From positions 2,024,500-2,088,499 of the forward strand of contig NC_068992.1 of the NCBI RefSeq assembly GCF_001194135.2: DNA of 64,000 nucleotides, given 5' to 3'. This stretch comes from Octopus bimaculoides. Taxonomy: Eukaryota. Shown here in pieces: positions 63,149 to 64,000 of this stretch. The notes beneath the pieces were generated by a model. That model made no database searches, was not told where the DNA came from, and saw only the letters and a list, made by a program, of their open reading frames with translations. A program made the position numbers and the translations under genes. Position 1 is the first letter of the stretch. Each line of letters starts with the position of its first letter.

Positions 63149-63760
63149 TACACACACACACATATATTTATATATATATAGAGAGAGAGACAGAGAGATA
63201 TACAGAGTGAGAGAGACAGAAGGTAGGTGAGAGCTAGATATGCTCAGCATAGAAAACAGGTAATAGCGCTTAAATTAATTTCAGCTTAAACTCTGAATCC
63301 TTTATCCAGGACGAAGGGCGCGGTGTCGATCATGTTTGTGCATTCACCCACTTTTATATAAGAAGCATACGCGTGTGTGTTTGTAAGAGGAATAGCATGA
63401 GGAGGAGTATAGTGGTAGGAGTTATGGTGGCAATGGTGATGATAGCAGTGGTGGTGGTGGCGGCGGTGGTGGTGGTGGTGGTGCGAATGGTGCGAGCGTG
63501 TGGAGATTATTAAATCTTATAATGTTTAATAAATTACTTCTACATGTTAAAAGGTGTCTTAAAGCTTTGATAGTCGAATACGGTGCATTCGATTAAATAA
63601 GGCGTGAGACGGTGGCCAGCGGTAAGTTCAAAGCTACTCGAATTCCCATCAACGGTTTCGTGCTCTGATCAGAACCGTTTTGCGTCACTGATTTTGATAA
63701 AGGCTTTGGGAAATTTGTAGCATCAAGTGAGGAATAAAACGTCTTTATCATGCGCGAAAT

Positions 63761-63794
63761 AAATTAATCCCTTAATTAATCTCAGTTAATTAGC
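63761..63794. promoter_or_regulatory. Dense homeodomain-site-like cluster
   Basis: aaattaatcccttaattaatctcagttaattagc has seven overlapping TAAT/ATTA cores, including TAATCC and two TAATTA, inside a CpG-retaining unique island. Confidence 0.3.
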
Positions 63795-64000
63795 TGCTGC
63801 TTTTAGACAATGAAGTGTTGTAGTTTTTTAATTCTTTTATGTTGAAATTTCCGCTTTAACAGCAGAATCACACAAAAGAATTTATGTTTTTAAAGATTGC
63901 GAACAAATACCCGAAACTCTTTCCCCCCTCCAAGCATCTATATTCACAGATTCGCTCTTCCTATTACCACCATCCTTACAAACATTAGGAACCTTGTTTT

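Noticed and set aside
63777-63785. TAATCTCAG, matching the 5' end of miR-216
   Set aside because: The match stops after 9 nt and no precursor hairpin is evident. I saw no full match to conserved bilaterian miRNAs by eye.

Overview
AT-rich animal genomic DNA with a very heavy microsatellite load and about 5 kb of N gaps. It is most consistent with an Octopus (coleoid cephalopod) assembly, judged from the tRNA-headed SINE families and repeat landscape; this is recognition from memory, not a database search. There is no complete gene, no rRNA, no genuine tRNA and no CRISPR array, and nearly all long ORFs in the track are microsatellite or N-gap artefacts. The best gene signal is a 67-nt signal-peptide-like first coding exon on the + strand (34382-34448, MQRNDKLLHATVLAILNLLLIS, donor G|GTAAGT), which would make most of 34.4-64 kb a first intron. 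The rest is a transposon graveyard: about 20 SINE copies from four modular families (my labels A-D), three mariner relics, a Tigger/pogo relic, Penelope-like (PLE) relics and five MITE/fold-back elements. The most interesting signals are hammerhead-ribozyme-like motifs in short PLE-associated repeats. One sits downstream of a tRNA-like Pol III module (5115-5160), one folds cleanly as a minimal hammerhead (48857-48892, minus strand), and five repeat copies carry the two core words in reversed order at near-constant spacing. There is also an 84-nt SINE-derived hairpin (27807-27890).
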